NCBI GenBank assembly: GCA_964433755.1
Contig: CAYSSR010000002.1
Coordinates: 81,419-145,418 of the forward strand
Length of the DNA stretch: 64,000 nt
From: an uncultured Anaerolineales bacterium
GTDB lineage: Bacteria; Chloroflexota; Anaerolineae; UBA7937; B3-Chlor
Direction: 5' to 3'
Part shown: positions 44,727 to 54,518 of the stretch, piece after piece
Layout: each line of letters begins with the position of its first letter
Numbering within the stretch: position 1 is the first letter of the stretch
The notes under the pieces: generated by a model
Told to the model about the DNA's origin: nothing
Database searches by the model: none
What the model saw: only the letters and a program-made list of their open reading frames with translations
Translations under genes and position numbers: made by a program

Positions 44727-46847
44727 ATGGAAGACCACGTAGGTCTACTGGGGAAGACGTACCTCTTCGCTGACCTGCCCGAGGAGGACCTTCGTCGTCT
44801 CTCCGCCCTGCTCAAGGAGAGATCCGACCGCGCCCGGAGCACCATCTACCGGCAGGGCGATCCCGACCGCAACCTGTACATCGTGGTTTCGGGCAGCTTG
44901 AGGGCCTGGAACCGCGACGAGCAGGGACGGGACAGGGTCGTCAACCGGCTCCGGTCGGGAGACTGCTTCGGTACCCACTCCCTGTTGACGGGCGAACGCC
45001 GCGACGTGACGGTCGAGGTGGAGGAATCGGCGGTGTTGCTCTACCTGGAGAAGCACGACTTCGACTCGCTCCTGGAGGACCATCCGCGGCTACGACAAAC
45101 ACTGTCGCTACACATCCACGAGCGCTTGAGGCGAGTACCTCTTTTCAGCCAACTGTCCGACGACGACCTCCAGCGCATCGCCCTGGCCATGGGACAGACC
45201 CGGTATCGCCGTCGAAGCACCGTCTATCGCGAAGGAGAGTTGAGCTCCACATTCTACATCATAGAGTCGGGTAAGGTGGCCCTGCTTTCCAGAGAAGAGA
45301 ATGGCCAGGACGAGGTGATCACCCATCTGCGAGACGGGGACTTCTTCGGCGAGCGCTCCCTACTCACCCGACAACCCAGAGATACCAGCGTCCAGACGGT
45401 CGAGGATACCAGATTGCTCTACCTGGACAAGAAGGACTTCGACACGCTCATGCACGAAGTCCCCTCCATCAGAGAGAACCTCAGTCTGGAAGCACAGGCT
45501 CGGCAAGTGATGATCAGCCAACGGTTCCCCTGGCAGCGTCAAGGCGAAGTGCTGATCTCATTGTCCCGCAAGCACTTGTACTCCTTCGTCCGCAGTCTGT
45601 GGGTTCTACTCTTGCCTCTTCTCTGTCTGGTCATCGTCATCACTCTCGTCCGCACCTTCATGTGGCCTCACCTGTGGGCCTACGTCGCCGCCACACTCCT
45701 CGCCGTGCTGTCCGGAGCGATTACTCTCTGGCTATGGGTCGACTGGCGCAACGACTACTACGCCATCACCAACAAGCGAGTAGTGCATCGCGAGAAGACC
45801 GTCCTCCTGCGGGAATCCCGCGAAGAAGCGCCCCTGGAGAACATTCAGGACATCTCCTTGCTCATGCCCGGCATCACTGGCAGAGTGTTCGGCTTCGATG
45901 ATCTGAGCATCCAGACAGCCGGAGCCAAAGGGCGCATCGTCTTCAAAACGGTGGGCAATGCTGCCTGGATCAGGGACAGACTCTTCGAGCAGTTGGAGCG
46001 CATCAAGGCTGAGGAGAGAGGAGAACAGCGAGGCGCCATCCGTGAGAGGTTGCAGATGGAACTGGGCCGGGCAGAAGCGGGGCAGGACCCCCTCTCCGGC
46101 CAGGAAATCCTCTCCGCCGGTGCAGGCTCGGAGCCCTCGCCGTCGGAGCAGCGTAGCAGTCCAGGGCCGACAGGAGTGCTGAGCGCTCTCCGGGGTTATC
46201 TCATTCCGCGCATGCGTACGGAGGAGAACGGTGTCGTGACCTGGAGAAAGCACTGGTTCAGGCTCGTGGAGAGAGTTGTCGGCACAGCCGTTCTGCTGTT
46301 CATCCTCGCGCAGTTGGGGAGCGCAGCCCTGCTAGGGCTTGCCGCGCCCACGCCGCGTTTCGAGGGCCTATTCTGGATCGCTCTGCTTCTGGGAGGTGCG
46401 CTGGCGCTGTTCCTGCTGTGGTTCCGGTACGAGGACTGGCGTAACGACATCTACCAATTGACGAACGACAGAATTATCGACATCGAGAGACTGCCTCTAG
46501 GCCTGCGGGAGGAGCGTAGGGAAGCCAACCTGGCCATGATCCAGGACATCGGATACGAGATCCCAGGGCCCATCGCCAACCTCCTCGACTACGGACACGT
46601 GGTCATCGAAACGGCAGGCAGAGAAGCGGTCTTCACCTTCTCCTGGGTACACGAGCCCCGGCGAGTCCAGGAGGAAGTCTTCGCCCGGATGGACGCCTTC
46701 CGGGAAAGGGAAAGGCAACAACAGAGGGAGAGGAGGGCGGACGAGTTGCTGGACTGGTTCGCCTCCTACACCGAACTGTCACAAGACCAGACAGGTCCTC
46801 CGCCGCAGGCAGACGACCAGAGCCCCAAGAACGAAAGAGGGGCGTGA
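44727..46847 (+). CDS. Membrane protein with two cNMP-binding domains followed by two TM-pair plus bacterial PH (bPH_2/YdbT-like) modules
   Basis: Two copies of the FADLP/FSQLS...G(D/E)...LY(I/II)(V/E)SG...FGE(R/T)SLL pattern. Then two copies of W(V/R)(D/Y)(W/E)(R/D)W?RND(Y/I)Y.(I/L)TN.R(V/I) after TM hairpins. Confidence 0.7.
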   Translation: MEDHVGLLGKTYLFADLPEEDLRRLSALLKERSDRARSTIYRQGDPDRNLYIVVSGSLRAWNRDEQGRDRVVNRLRSGDCFGTHSLLTGERRDVTVEVEESAVLLYLEKHDFDSLLEDHPRLRQTLSLHIHERLRRVPLFSQLSDDDLQRIALAMGQTRYRRRSTVYREGELSSTFYIIESGKVALLSREENGQDEVITHLRDGDFFGERSLLTRQPRDTSVQTVEDTRLLYLDKKDFDTLMHEVPSIRENLSLEAQARQVMISQRFPWQRQGEVLISLSRKHLYSFVRSLWVLLLPLLCLVIVITLVRTFMWPHLWAYVAATLLAVLSGAITLWLWVDWRNDYYAITNKRVVHREKTVLLRESREEAPLENIQDISLLMPGITGRVFGFDDLSIQTAGAKGRIVFKTVGNAAWIRDRLFEQLERIKAEERGEQRGAIRERLQMELGRAEAGQDPLSGQEILSAGAGSEPSPSEQRSSPGPTGVLSALRGYLIPRMRTEENGVVTWRKHWFRLVERVVGTAVLLFILAQLGSAALLGLAAPTPRFEGLFWIALLLGGALALFLLWFRYEDWRNDIYQLTNDRIIDIERLPLGLREERREANLAMIQDIGYEIPGPIANLLDYGHVVIETAGREAVFTFSWVHEPRRVQEEVFARMDAFRERERQQQRERRADELLDWFASYTELSQDQTGPPPQADDQSPKNERGA

Positions 46848-46864
46848 CCCCATCACGCCCCTCT
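46836..46864. terminator. Perfect 12-bp hairpin between convergent genes (bidirectional terminator candidate)
   Basis: AGAGGGGCGTGA (46836-47, includes the TGA stop) pairs with TCACGCCCCTCT (46853-64) around a 5-nt loop. On the minus strand it is followed by TTCGTTCTT. Confidence 0.55.
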
Positions 46865-46882
46865 CTGTGTCCAGCTTGAATG

Positions 46883-47803
46883 CTAGCTCTCTTTCGATGC
46901 TCTCTTGCGGCGTCTCCGCAGGTACCAGATCAGCCACACCAGTACGAATGGCGCTGCGAGAATGGCCCCCAGTGGCAGGAGGAACAGCGCCGCCCAGATC
47001 AGCAGGTCGGTCAGGGCCTGCAGAGCGTCGACCAGAGACCGCAGGGCGTCCCTCGCCTGCTTGAGCGGTTCCCAACCCGGCTCCACGACAGGCTCCTCGA
47101 TCTCCTCTGGCGTCATGGTGATGGTCAGAGTGGCTAGGGCCGCCGAGTTCTCCAGATACTGCATCCTGCCCTTGATCTGCTCGATCTGCTGCCTGACGTT
47201 GGTGATCTCGTTGTAGATAGCCAGGATGCTCTCGGCGTCCCCATGTTTCTCTTGGGCTGAATCCAGAAGCTCCAGGAGCTCCTCCTCGGCCACCTCCAGA
47301 TTGTGGAGGCGAGCCTCGAGGTCCACGTACTCCTCGGTCACGTCCTGCCCCGAAACGTTCTCGCTCTCGAGCTCGATGGCAAGCTCCTTGACGCGCTCTC
47401 TGGCCTGGTCGAAGGAGCCCTCAGGGATACGCACGGTTACAGTTCCCGCCAGTTGGTCGTTGTAGCGCCAGGTCTGCAGATTGGAGACGTATCCCTCCAG
47501 CTCCGTGGCCAATCGCTCTATGTCCGCCAGGGTCTTTTCGGTGTCCTCGACCACGAGTGACAGGCTAGCGGTACGGACGATCATCCGATCGCTGACCCCG
47601 CCCCCGACACCAAAACCCCTGTCGCCCGACTCTTCCATGGCCTCCATAGGCATCTCGGCTTCGGGCACCATGGCTGGCGCCATCTCCGCACTCATCACGT
47701 CCTCGCGCCCCAGCGATGGCGCCGGCGTGGCCGCCATGGCGCACCCTACTACCAGCACGGACATGGCTACAATCACGATCAGACAAGCAGCTCTTCTTCT
47801 CAT
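46883..47803 (-). CDS. DUF4349-domain lipoprotein-like membrane protein
   Basis: Signal/lipobox-like MRRRAACLIVIVAMSVLVVGC, MIVRTASLSLVVEDTEKTL..., a coiled region, and a C-terminal TM helix with an RRRRKR tail. Confidence 0.75.
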   Translation of the reverse strand: MRRRAACLIVIVAMSVLVVGCAMAATPAPSLGREDVMSAEMAPAMVPEAEMPMEAMEESGDRGFGVGGGVSDRMIVRTASLSLVVEDTEKTLADIERLATELEGYVSNLQTWRYNDQLAGTVTVRIPEGSFDQARERVKELAIELESENVSGQDVTEEYVDLEARLHNLEVAEEELLELLDSAQEKHGDAESILAIYNEITNVRQQIEQIKGRMQYLENSAALATLTITMTPEEIEEPVVEPGWEPLKQARDALRSLVDALQALTDLLIWAALFLLPLGAILAAPFVLVWLIWYLRRRRKRASKES

Positions 47804-47872
47804 CTCTGGCCTCCTCTCAGCCTGTTCTCTACCTCTAAGACGACGGCACAGGCCCCAGGGTTCCAATCACCG

Positions 47873-48610
47873 CTACCACCCGAAGCTCAATCGACTGATG
47901 AGGCTCTCCGGCAGACCTTCTTCCATCATCAATCCCTGCGTGGCGTCCACGTCGTAAGGCACTCGACGATACTCGACGCTCTTGGAGTCGGGATCGAAGA
48001 CCATGTATGCAGCATCGGGATCGCCGTCCCGTGGCTGTCCCACGCTACCAGGGTTGATGATCAGGCGTTCGTCGTCGATCATAATCGGTGTTGAAGGAAC
48101 AGGAATACTGATCTCGAACTTGCGAGTCGAGGTCTCCTCCCTGAAGATGGCAGGGGCATGGGTATGGCCCACGAAGCACAACTGCGTGTCGAAGAACTGG
48201 AAATTGAGTTGGGCTGTGGATGGATAGATGATGTACTCCCAGATCGGCTCCCGAGGGCTCCCGTGCACCAGCGTACAGTTGCGCGCCACGACCCGCGTGG
48301 GCAAGTTCGCCAGGTAGTCGACGTTGTCTGGACTCAACTGTTCGGCCGTCCACCGACATGCCACCTGGGCGCTAGGGTTGAACTCGGCGATGCTTATCCT
48401 GCTGATGGCAGCCCAGTCGTGGTTGCCGGCCACACAAAGATAGTCCGAGAACTCTCTGAGACGCTCGACACACTCGTTGGGGCAGGGTCCGTAGCCCACA
48501 ATGTCTCCCAGGCACCACACCTGATCCACGGTGTCCATCCCTACGTCGTCGAGAACCGCGTCGAGGGCAGCAAGGTTTCCATGTATGTCAGACATCACTA
48601 GATAGCGCAT
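47873..48610 (-). CDS. Metallophosphoesterase (YfcE/MJ0936-like)
   Basis: MRYLVMSDIHGN, CLGDIVGYG, AGNHD, and VGHTH. Confidence 0.85.
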   Translation of the reverse strand: MRYLVMSDIHGNLAALDAVLDDVGMDTVDQVWCLGDIVGYGPCPNECVERLREFSDYLCVAGNHDWAAISRISIAEFNPSAQVACRWTAEQLSPDNVDYLANLPTRVVARNCTLVHGSPREPIWEYIIYPSTAQLNFQFFDTQLCFVGHTHAPAIFREETSTRKFEISIPVPSTPIMIDDERLIINPGSVGQPRDGDPDAAYMVFDPDSKSVEYRRVPYDVDATQGLMMEEGLPESLISRLSFGW

Positions 48611-48814
48611 AATGCTCGATATAGTATCACACTTTGTGGAGTCTGACTAGGTGGCGAGGCGGAATACGGGGGGTCTGAACAGCAACTAGAGGGCTTGAGT
48701 CAAGGTGGTTAGCCGTACCCAACAGAGCACTAACACCCATCTCTCCCCTCCCACATGGCTTCTGCGAGAAAGTGACGACGTTCTGGTCGTTCCCCAGCGC
48801 CCTGTCACCATCGC

Positions 48815-48843
48815 TTGTTCGCCCCCAACAGGTTCGGTATAAT
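48815..48843 (+). promoter_or_regulatory. Putative promoter of tsaE-tsaB-rimI (-35 TTGTTC, 17 nt, -10 TATAAT)
   Basis: TTGTTC at 48815-48820 and TATAAT at 48838-48843. Confidence 0.45.
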
Positions 48844-48863
48844 CCTGCTGACTCCTACAGATA

Positions 48864-49364
48864 GTGAGCGATGCCATGGATGTGGACGCTGAAGACTTCA
48901 CCTTCGTAAGCCACAGCCCAGTCGAGACCCAGCGTCTGGGCAGTGCGCTAGGTCGGCTGCTCGACGGGCACGAGTTGGTCTGCCTGGAAGGAGAATTGGG
49001 GACAGGGAAAACGACCCTCATTCAGGCCGTTGGACGCGCGCAGGGCGTTACCGCCCCTATCACCAGCCCCACCTTCACCCTGGTCAACGAGTATCAGGGG
49101 CGGAAGGGAAAGATCTACCACGTGGACCTCTATCGATTGAGCAATCCAGAAGAGATCGTGCAAGCAGGCATCGATTCGTACTTCTACGGTGACGGCATTT
49201 GCCTCCTGGAGTGGGCCGAGAAGGCCCACGCCGTCCTACCCGTGCAGTTCCTGTACCTCATCCTTGCCCATGCCGGTGATGACCATCGACGCATCGACGT
49301 AAAGGCCAGAGGTGACTCCTATCATGTTCTGCTCGAGGGCTTGAGAGGCGAATTGGAGCCATGA
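48864..49364 (+). CDS. tsaE: tRNA t6A37 biosynthesis ATPase TsaE
   Basis: LEGELGTGKTTLIQ, ITSPTFTLVNEY, and YHVDLYRL. Confidence 0.88.
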   Translation: MSDAMDVDAEDFTFVSHSPVETQRLGSALGRLLDGHELVCLEGELGTGKTTLIQAVGRAQGVTAPITSPTFTLVNEYQGRKGKIYHVDLYRLSNPEEIVQAGIDSYFYGDGICLLEWAEKAHAVLPVQFLYLILAHAGDDHRRIDVKARGDSYHVLLEGLRGELEP

Positions 49365-50065
49365 CCATGAGTCCCACTATCCTGGCTATCGACACAGCCA
49401 CTGAGTACGCCAGCGTGGCCCTGTATGAAACGGAGTTGGGCACTCTAGCCGAATCCTCGTGGCACACGTCCATGAACCACACCGTGGAGTTGATGCCCAC
49501 TGTCGTGCGCCTGATGGAGAACCAAAAGCTGGCGCCGCAGCAACTAGGCGCAGTGGCCGTGGCTCTGGGACCAGGCTCCTTCACAGGGCTGCGCATTGGG
49601 TTGAGCGTGGCCAAGGGCTTGTGCTCCTATCTCGGAACACCTATCATAGGCATCCCTACTCTGGATATCGTGGCCTATGCCCACTACGAGCAGCCACTGC
49701 CCATCTGTGCCATTCTTCAGGCGGGAAGAGGCCGATTCTGTGCGGCCCTGTACCAGAGGGCGGATAGCGGATGGCGACGGACCAGCGACTACGAACTGAT
49801 GACGGTGGAGGAGCTGTCCAACCGAGTGGAAGACCGCACCTTGTTCTGCGGGGAGATAGACGAGCCTTTGCACCGCGCGCTCACCGCACAACTGGGGGAC
49901 CGAGCCGCCATCGCCCCCCGCGCCTCCTCTCTTCGCAGAGCTGCATACCTTGCCGAGCTGGGCTGGGAGCAGTTGCGAACGCGAGGAGGTGACGAGGTGG
50001 CGAGCCTGGAGCCCCTGTATCTGCACTATCCCAAGATTGGTGAGCAGGATCATGGATCGAGTTGA
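49361..50065 (+). CDS. tsaB: tRNA t6A37 biosynthesis protein TsaB
   Basis: ILAIDTATEYASVAL, GPGSFTGLRIGLSVAKG. ATGA overlap with tsaE. Confidence 0.88.
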   Translation: MTMSPTILAIDTATEYASVALYETELGTLAESSWHTSMNHTVELMPTVVRLMENQKLAPQQLGAVAVALGPGSFTGLRIGLSVAKGLCSYLGTPIIGIPTLDIVAYAHYEQPLPICAILQAGRGRFCAALYQRADSGWRRTSDYELMTVEELSNRVEDRTLFCGEIDEPLHRALTAQLGDRAAIAPRASSLRRAAYLAELGWEQLRTRGGDEVASLEPLYLHYPKIGEQDHGSS

Positions 50066-50690
50066 TCTGCCCTACGTCGTGGAGCCGATGAAGCTGGAAG
50101 ATATCCCAGAGTTGGTGGAGATCGAGCGGCAGGCCTTCCCCAACCCCTGGCCGGCGCGCGCCTATCGCTACGAGGTTGCTCAGAACCACCTAGCGCACTA
50201 CTTCGTGGCGCGCCGGCAGCTCTCCGAAGATCTCGAGGAAGAACTGCCGGAAGTGGACGGGCATCTTCTGAAGCGGATCCAGCGCTGGACTCAGAGCAGT
50301 ACCCAGGACAACCGTCCCATGGTGGGCTACTGTGGGTTTTGGATCGCCGCTCAGGAAGCGCACATCAGCACCATCGCCGTCGACCCCAAGTACAGAGAGC
50401 GGGGCATCGGCCAGTTGCTCCTAGTCACGGCCATCGAGAAGGCCCTCGAGTTGGACGCGACTCTGATGTCCCTGGAAGTGCGGGTCACCAATTTCGTGGC
50501 TCAGAACCTCTACCGCAAGTACGGCTTCAAGGTGGTGGGTCGGAGGCCCCGCTACTACTCCGACAACCGCGAGGACGCTCTGATCATGACCGTGGAAAGC
50601 ATCGCTTCGCCGTCCTACCAAAGGATCTTCCAGAGAAAGCGCAAGCAACTCCTCAGACGGCTTCAGCGACACGCCCTGGTCGGCCCCTGA
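50052..50690 (+). CDS. rimI: Ribosomal-protein-alanine N-acetyltransferase
   Basis: IERQAFPNPW, HISTIAVDPKYRERGIGQLLL, LEVRVTN..A..LY.KYGF. Conserved tsaE-tsaB-rimI gene order. Confidence 0.85.
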   Translation: MDRVDLPYVVEPMKLEDIPELVEIERQAFPNPWPARAYRYEVAQNHLAHYFVARRQLSEDLEEELPEVDGHLLKRIQRWTQSSTQDNRPMVGYCGFWIAAQEAHISTIAVDPKYRERGIGQLLLVTAIEKALELDATLMSLEVRVTNFVAQNLYRKYGFKVVGRRPRYYSDNREDALIMTVESIASPSYQRIFQRKRKQLLRRLQRHALVGP

Positions 50691-50727
50691 GAGCAGGCCA
50701 CGCCTCGCTGCTATGCACTGAGGCTCC

Positions 50728-51618
50728 TCAGCCTATCGCGCCCATCGCCGCCGACCAGACCAGGATCTGCACCAGGAGGGCAATAGCGCCCAGTGCGTAA
50801 GTAAGAAGACGCTCTTGCCGGTGCAGGACCATCCCCAGGGCCGTGTTGGCCAGAACTACGACCAATCCTATCAGGGGGAGTTCGAACAACTCCTCTCTGG
50901 CCCCGATGAGCGTAACCTGCCCTGCCTCCGAGAGCAGAGGGACGATTTCCGGAAGGTTTGGGTAGCGAAAGGCGATGTAGGCAAAGAGAGCGGCGTTCGC
51001 CACGGCTGCCGACGACACCAGAGCAAGAGCCGTCCTGTCACGCCACACTGGCAACCCCGCCAGACCGCCCTCCATCCTCTTCTGCTCGAGCCTCCGGGCA
51101 GGGCCCAGCCTCTTTCGCGCTCGGACCGCCGAAAGAAAGCCGGTAGATTTGGCGGGCGAGATGAGGTACGAGACGGCGGCTGTAGTGATCAACAGCTCAT
51201 CCGACCGGCGACCGTTGGAGTAGGCTAACAGGTCGCGCCCTTCACCGTCCCGCCCCTTGCCGATATTGTAGCCGGGATAGTGGAAGCCCCTCCTCACCGA
51301 AGCCCCGCCCTGCTCCGCGAGGGGTGCTATGGATTCGATAGCCGCCAAAGGTATGATCTCCTGTCGTCTAGCCCAGGAGATGGTGATGCTGTCGCGGCCA
51401 AGCAAGTACTTCAAGCTCGCCAGCCCGTAGATCTGATAGAGGATCAGAGCCAAGGCCAACAGGGACAAAGCCACCAGCAGGCCCATCACGAAAGAAGAAA
51501 AGGAGAAGGGCTGACTGGTCAATGCACTGAGAAACACAGCATCCAGCGCCAGGATCAGCATTATCGCGCCGACGCCTACACCAACACCAAGAAGTCGTCT
51601 AGGTTTCCATTGCAGCAT
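50728..51618 (-). CDS. Membrane protein with bPH-like and DUF1648/SdpI-like regions
   Basis: TM hairpin followed by LKYLLGRDSITISW... and four further TM helices. Weak family recognition. Confidence 0.5.
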   Translation of the reverse strand: MLQWKPRRLLGVGVGVGAIMLILALDAVFLSALTSQPFSFSSFVMGLLVALSLLALALILYQIYGLASLKYLLGRDSITISWARRQEIIPLAAIESIAPLAEQGGASVRRGFHYPGYNIGKGRDGEGRDLLAYSNGRRSDELLITTAAVSYLISPAKSTGFLSAVRARKRLGPARRLEQKRMEGGLAGLPVWRDRTALALVSSAAVANAALFAYIAFRYPNLPEIVPLLSEAGQVTLIGAREELFELPLIGLVVVLANTALGMVLHRQERLLTYALGAIALLVQILVWSAAMGAIG

Positions 51619-51646
51619 GATGGTCTTCTACCAAGCTATAGTATTG

Positions 51647-52561
51647 TCAGCACCGGCTCCGGGCGGCGCTGGACTCGCCGAGACCCGCCGGAACCGCACC
51701 GCCCAGCACACGAACCGCGTTGCCCCCCAGGATCTTGGCCTTCGTGTTCTCGCCGAGGGGCAAAGAGCGAATGGCCTCCACGTTGCGTCGGATGCTCTGA
51801 AGGCCAGGCCAGTCCGACCCGAAGATGACCTTGCTGGCGTTCTTCTCCAGTTCGGGGAAGTAGTCGAGCAGCTTGTGGGGCGGTAATCCGGCAATCTCCG
51901 CGTACACATTGCTGTGCAAACGCGCCAGAAAGAAGGCTCGCCGATACCAGAAACCTCGGCCGCCGTGAACCTCGATCAGGGTCAGCTCGGGGAAGTCAAC
52001 GGCCACGTCGTCGATCCACAATGGATCGCCATACTTCAACCTGGCCCCCCTGAAGATGGACGAGCCGGTGTGAATCATCACAGGGATGCCCAGTTCCTGA
52101 GCCTTGGCGTACAGCGGGTAGACCATGCTATCATTGACGTAGAATCCCTGGTAGGTGGGGTACAGCTTGAGTCCCTTGAAACCCATGTCGAGGACGTATC
52201 GCTCGAGCTTCGTAACGGGATCGCTGGTCAAGAACGGATTGATATTGGCGAAAGGTATCAGTGTCTCCTGGTTCCGACAGAATGCGGCCACCGCCTCGTT
52301 GCTTACCACCCCGGTGGTGATGGGATTGATCTCGGCCAGCACGACGGCGTAGTCCACTCCGCTGTCCCGCAGCATCTGCACCAAGAGTTCCGGCGAAGAC
52401 GTCAGCTTTGCCAGGTGCTCCATGTCGCAGCCACTGGAGGTCACCATGTACTCCTGCGCCCACGGCTGGAGTTGAGTAGGATCCACGATATGTACGTGAA
52501 AGTCGACTACAGGCACAATCGCTCTTTTCCCCGTCGCCCGCGATCCACGTGTCAATACCAT
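51647..52561 (-). CDS. Amidohydrolase-2 family metal-dependent hydrolase (TIM barrel)
   Basis: VDFHVHIV near the N-terminus, HTGS, VHGG. Start is uncertain; ATG 52561 is chosen. Confidence 0.7.
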   Translation of the reverse strand: MVLTRGSRATGKRAIVPVVDFHVHIVDPTQLQPWAQEYMVTSSGCDMEHLAKLTSSPELLVQMLRDSGVDYAVVLAEINPITTGVVSNEAVAAFCRNQETLIPFANINPFLTSDPVTKLERYVLDMGFKGLKLYPTYQGFYVNDSMVYPLYAKAQELGIPVMIHTGSSIFRGARLKYGDPLWIDDVAVDFPELTLIEVHGGRGFWYRRAFFLARLHSNVYAEIAGLPPHKLLDYFPELEKNASKVIFGSDWPGLQSIRRNVEAIRSLPLGENTKAKILGGNAVRVLGGAVPAGLGESSAARSRC

Positions 52562-52683
52562 CCCGCTACGCACACCCGGAGTTCGGCCCCGAGCGGCCCA
52601 GGCGCTCGCTGGCACATACCAGGATTCTGGGACCTAAGACACTCGGGTGAGAGTATACCATGTTGCCAGGAGGTCGCAAAGGC

Positions 52684-53340
52684 ATGACAGATCTTCTCTT
52701 GGCCTCGAGTTCTCCTCGCCGGAGAGAGCTGCTCCACCTCCTGGGTCTTGCCTTCACAGTGGCCACTCCCTCTGGGGAGGAGACCGCAGCTCCGGGCGGC
52801 GACGCACGGCAGCAGGCCTCGCACCTGGCTCGGAGAAAGGCGCTGTCCCTGGCAGGCCGGGACACCAAGGAGTGCATCGTGGCCGCAGACACACTAGTGG
52901 TGCTGGAGGGCCGCGTCCTGGGCAAGCCGGAGGACGCTACCTCGGCCCGACGGGTGTTGCGAGCTCTGCGCGGGAGGCGACATCAGGTAGTCACCGGCCT
53001 CGCCATACTCTCTCCATCGACAGACGCGCCAGCGGTGGAGGTTGTCGAAACGCAGGTGTGGATGAGGCAGTATGGAGACGACGAGATCGCGGCCTACGTA
53101 GCCAGAGGCGAACCCTTTGACAAGGCCGGCTCCTACGCCATTCAGGACCCGTTCTTCCATCCCGTGGAGGGAATCCAGGGCTGCTATGCCAACGTGATGG
53201 GCCTTCCTCTGTGCCACCTCTTCTGCGCACTTCAGCATGCAGGCGTGGAAGTATCAGCGTCACTGCCTCCGGTTTGCGAAGCGTACACAGGGCACAGATG
53301 CCTGGTGGCTGAGGCCATCCTTCGGTCGGGGAATGGTTGA
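52684..53340 (+). CDS. maf: Maf-family nucleoside triphosphate pyrophosphatase
   Basis: LLLASSSPRRRELL, ADTLVVLEGRVLGKP, and AGSYAIQ. Confidence 0.88.
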   Translation: MTDLLLASSSPRRRELLHLLGLAFTVATPSGEETAAPGGDARQQASHLARRKALSLAGRDTKECIVAADTLVVLEGRVLGKPEDATSARRVLRALRGRRHQVVTGLAILSPSTDAPAVEVVETQVWMRQYGDDEIAAYVARGEPFDKAGSYAIQDPFFHPVEGIQGCYANVMGLPLCHLFCALQHAGVEVSASLPPVCEAYTGHRCLVAEAILRSGNG

Positions 53341-53392
53341 CCTTGCCGCTGGACGGTGATACACTTGACTGAGGGTCTCGGACTAGGGAAAC

Positions 53393-54418
53393 ATGACTGA
53401 GAAGACGGTGGATAAGGACGCCTTGCTGAAAGCACTGCCGAGGTTGCGGGGCAAGAGGATCCTGGTTCTGGGCGACCTCTTCCTCGACGAATACCTCGTC
53501 GGCCAGGCGACCAGACTGTCCAGAGAGGCGCCCGTTCCGGTGCTGGAGTTCAGCCGGCGGTTCCACGTGCCGGGAGGCGCCGCCAACCCCGCCCAGAACA
53601 TCTGTGCCCTCGGAAGCACTGCCTACCAGGTCGGCGTCGTGGGCAGCGATGAGTCGGGTAAGGTGCTGACCGAGCACCTGGAGCGTGTCGGCATCGTGAC
53701 GGACGGTCTCGTCACGGACCCCGACCGCCTCACCACCGCCAAGACCCGCGTCGTCGCCGAGGGCACCCTGGTCTTTCCCCAGCAGCTTGCCCGTATCGAC
53801 AAGCTGGACAGGCGACCTCTCGACAGCGGGGTGGTCTCCCAACTCGTAGCTCGTTTCGAGGAGATCAGCCCTCACGTCGATGCAGTCTTGTTGTCGGACT
53901 ACAAGGCGGGAGTGGTGAACGAAGAGACCATCGCGGCAGCCCTTCGTCTCTCCCGCGAGCGCGGCACCCTGACTACTGTGGATTCTCAGGGCGACCTCCA
54001 CAAGTTCGCGGGCTTCGATCTGGTGAAGTGCAACCGACGGGAAGCCGAGGCTCAATTGGGCAGAGAACTGGCCAGCGACGCCGATTTCGAGGAAGGTGGG
54101 CAACGCCTCCTGGCCGAGCTGACGTCCTCGGTGGTGATTCTAACGCGCGGCGGCGACGGGATGTCGGTCGTCAGCAAGGAACAAGGCGCCTTTCACCTCC
54201 CAGCGGCGAACCGCACCGAGGTCTTCGACGTTACTGGTGCTGGCGACACCGTGATCGCTGTGGTCACCCTGGCCCTGGCGGCAGGGCTGGACCTCCGAGA
54301 GGCAGCCCATCTGGCCAACTACGCTGCGGGCCTGGTGGTGCGAAGGCTGGGCAACGCGGCGCCCAGTGAGGAAGAGCTGGCCTGGGCCATAGAGCACTGG
54401 TCGCAGCCCCACCTTTGA
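53393..54418 (+). CDS. D-glycero-beta-D-manno-heptose-7-phosphate kinase (RfaE domain I-type, PfkB family)
   Basis: ILVLGDLFLDEYLVGQATRLSREAPVPVLEF, PGGAANPAQNI, and DVTGAGDTV. Confidence 0.75.
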   Translation: MTEKTVDKDALLKALPRLRGKRILVLGDLFLDEYLVGQATRLSREAPVPVLEFSRRFHVPGGAANPAQNICALGSTAYQVGVVGSDESGKVLTEHLERVGIVTDGLVTDPDRLTTAKTRVVAEGTLVFPQQLARIDKLDRRPLDSGVVSQLVARFEEISPHVDAVLLSDYKAGVVNEETIAAALRLSRERGTLTTVDSQGDLHKFAGFDLVKCNRREAEAQLGRELASDADFEEGGQRLLAELTSSVVILTRGGDGMSVVSKEQGAFHLPAANRTEVFDVTGAGDTVIAVVTLALAAGLDLREAAHLANYAAGLVVRRLGNAAPSEEELAWAIEHWSQPHL

Positions 54419-54518
54419 GCTTGCTCACCCGATATGCTATCATAGGCCGGGCCTTGCGCAGCCCTGGCTCGTCCCATCATGTGGCGCAAGGTCAACACAT
54501 GAAGCAAAGGAGGAAATC

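Noticed and set aside
44727-46847. The cNMP-binding membrane protein as a Pycsar/CBASS-type defence effector. The JAMM (21707) plus deaminase (21220) pair was also considered as a CBASS accessory set.
   Set aside because: No nucleotide cyclase, CD-NTase, E1/E2 or other defence partners are adjacent. The neighbours are uvrC, a DUF4349 protein and a CorC-like gene.
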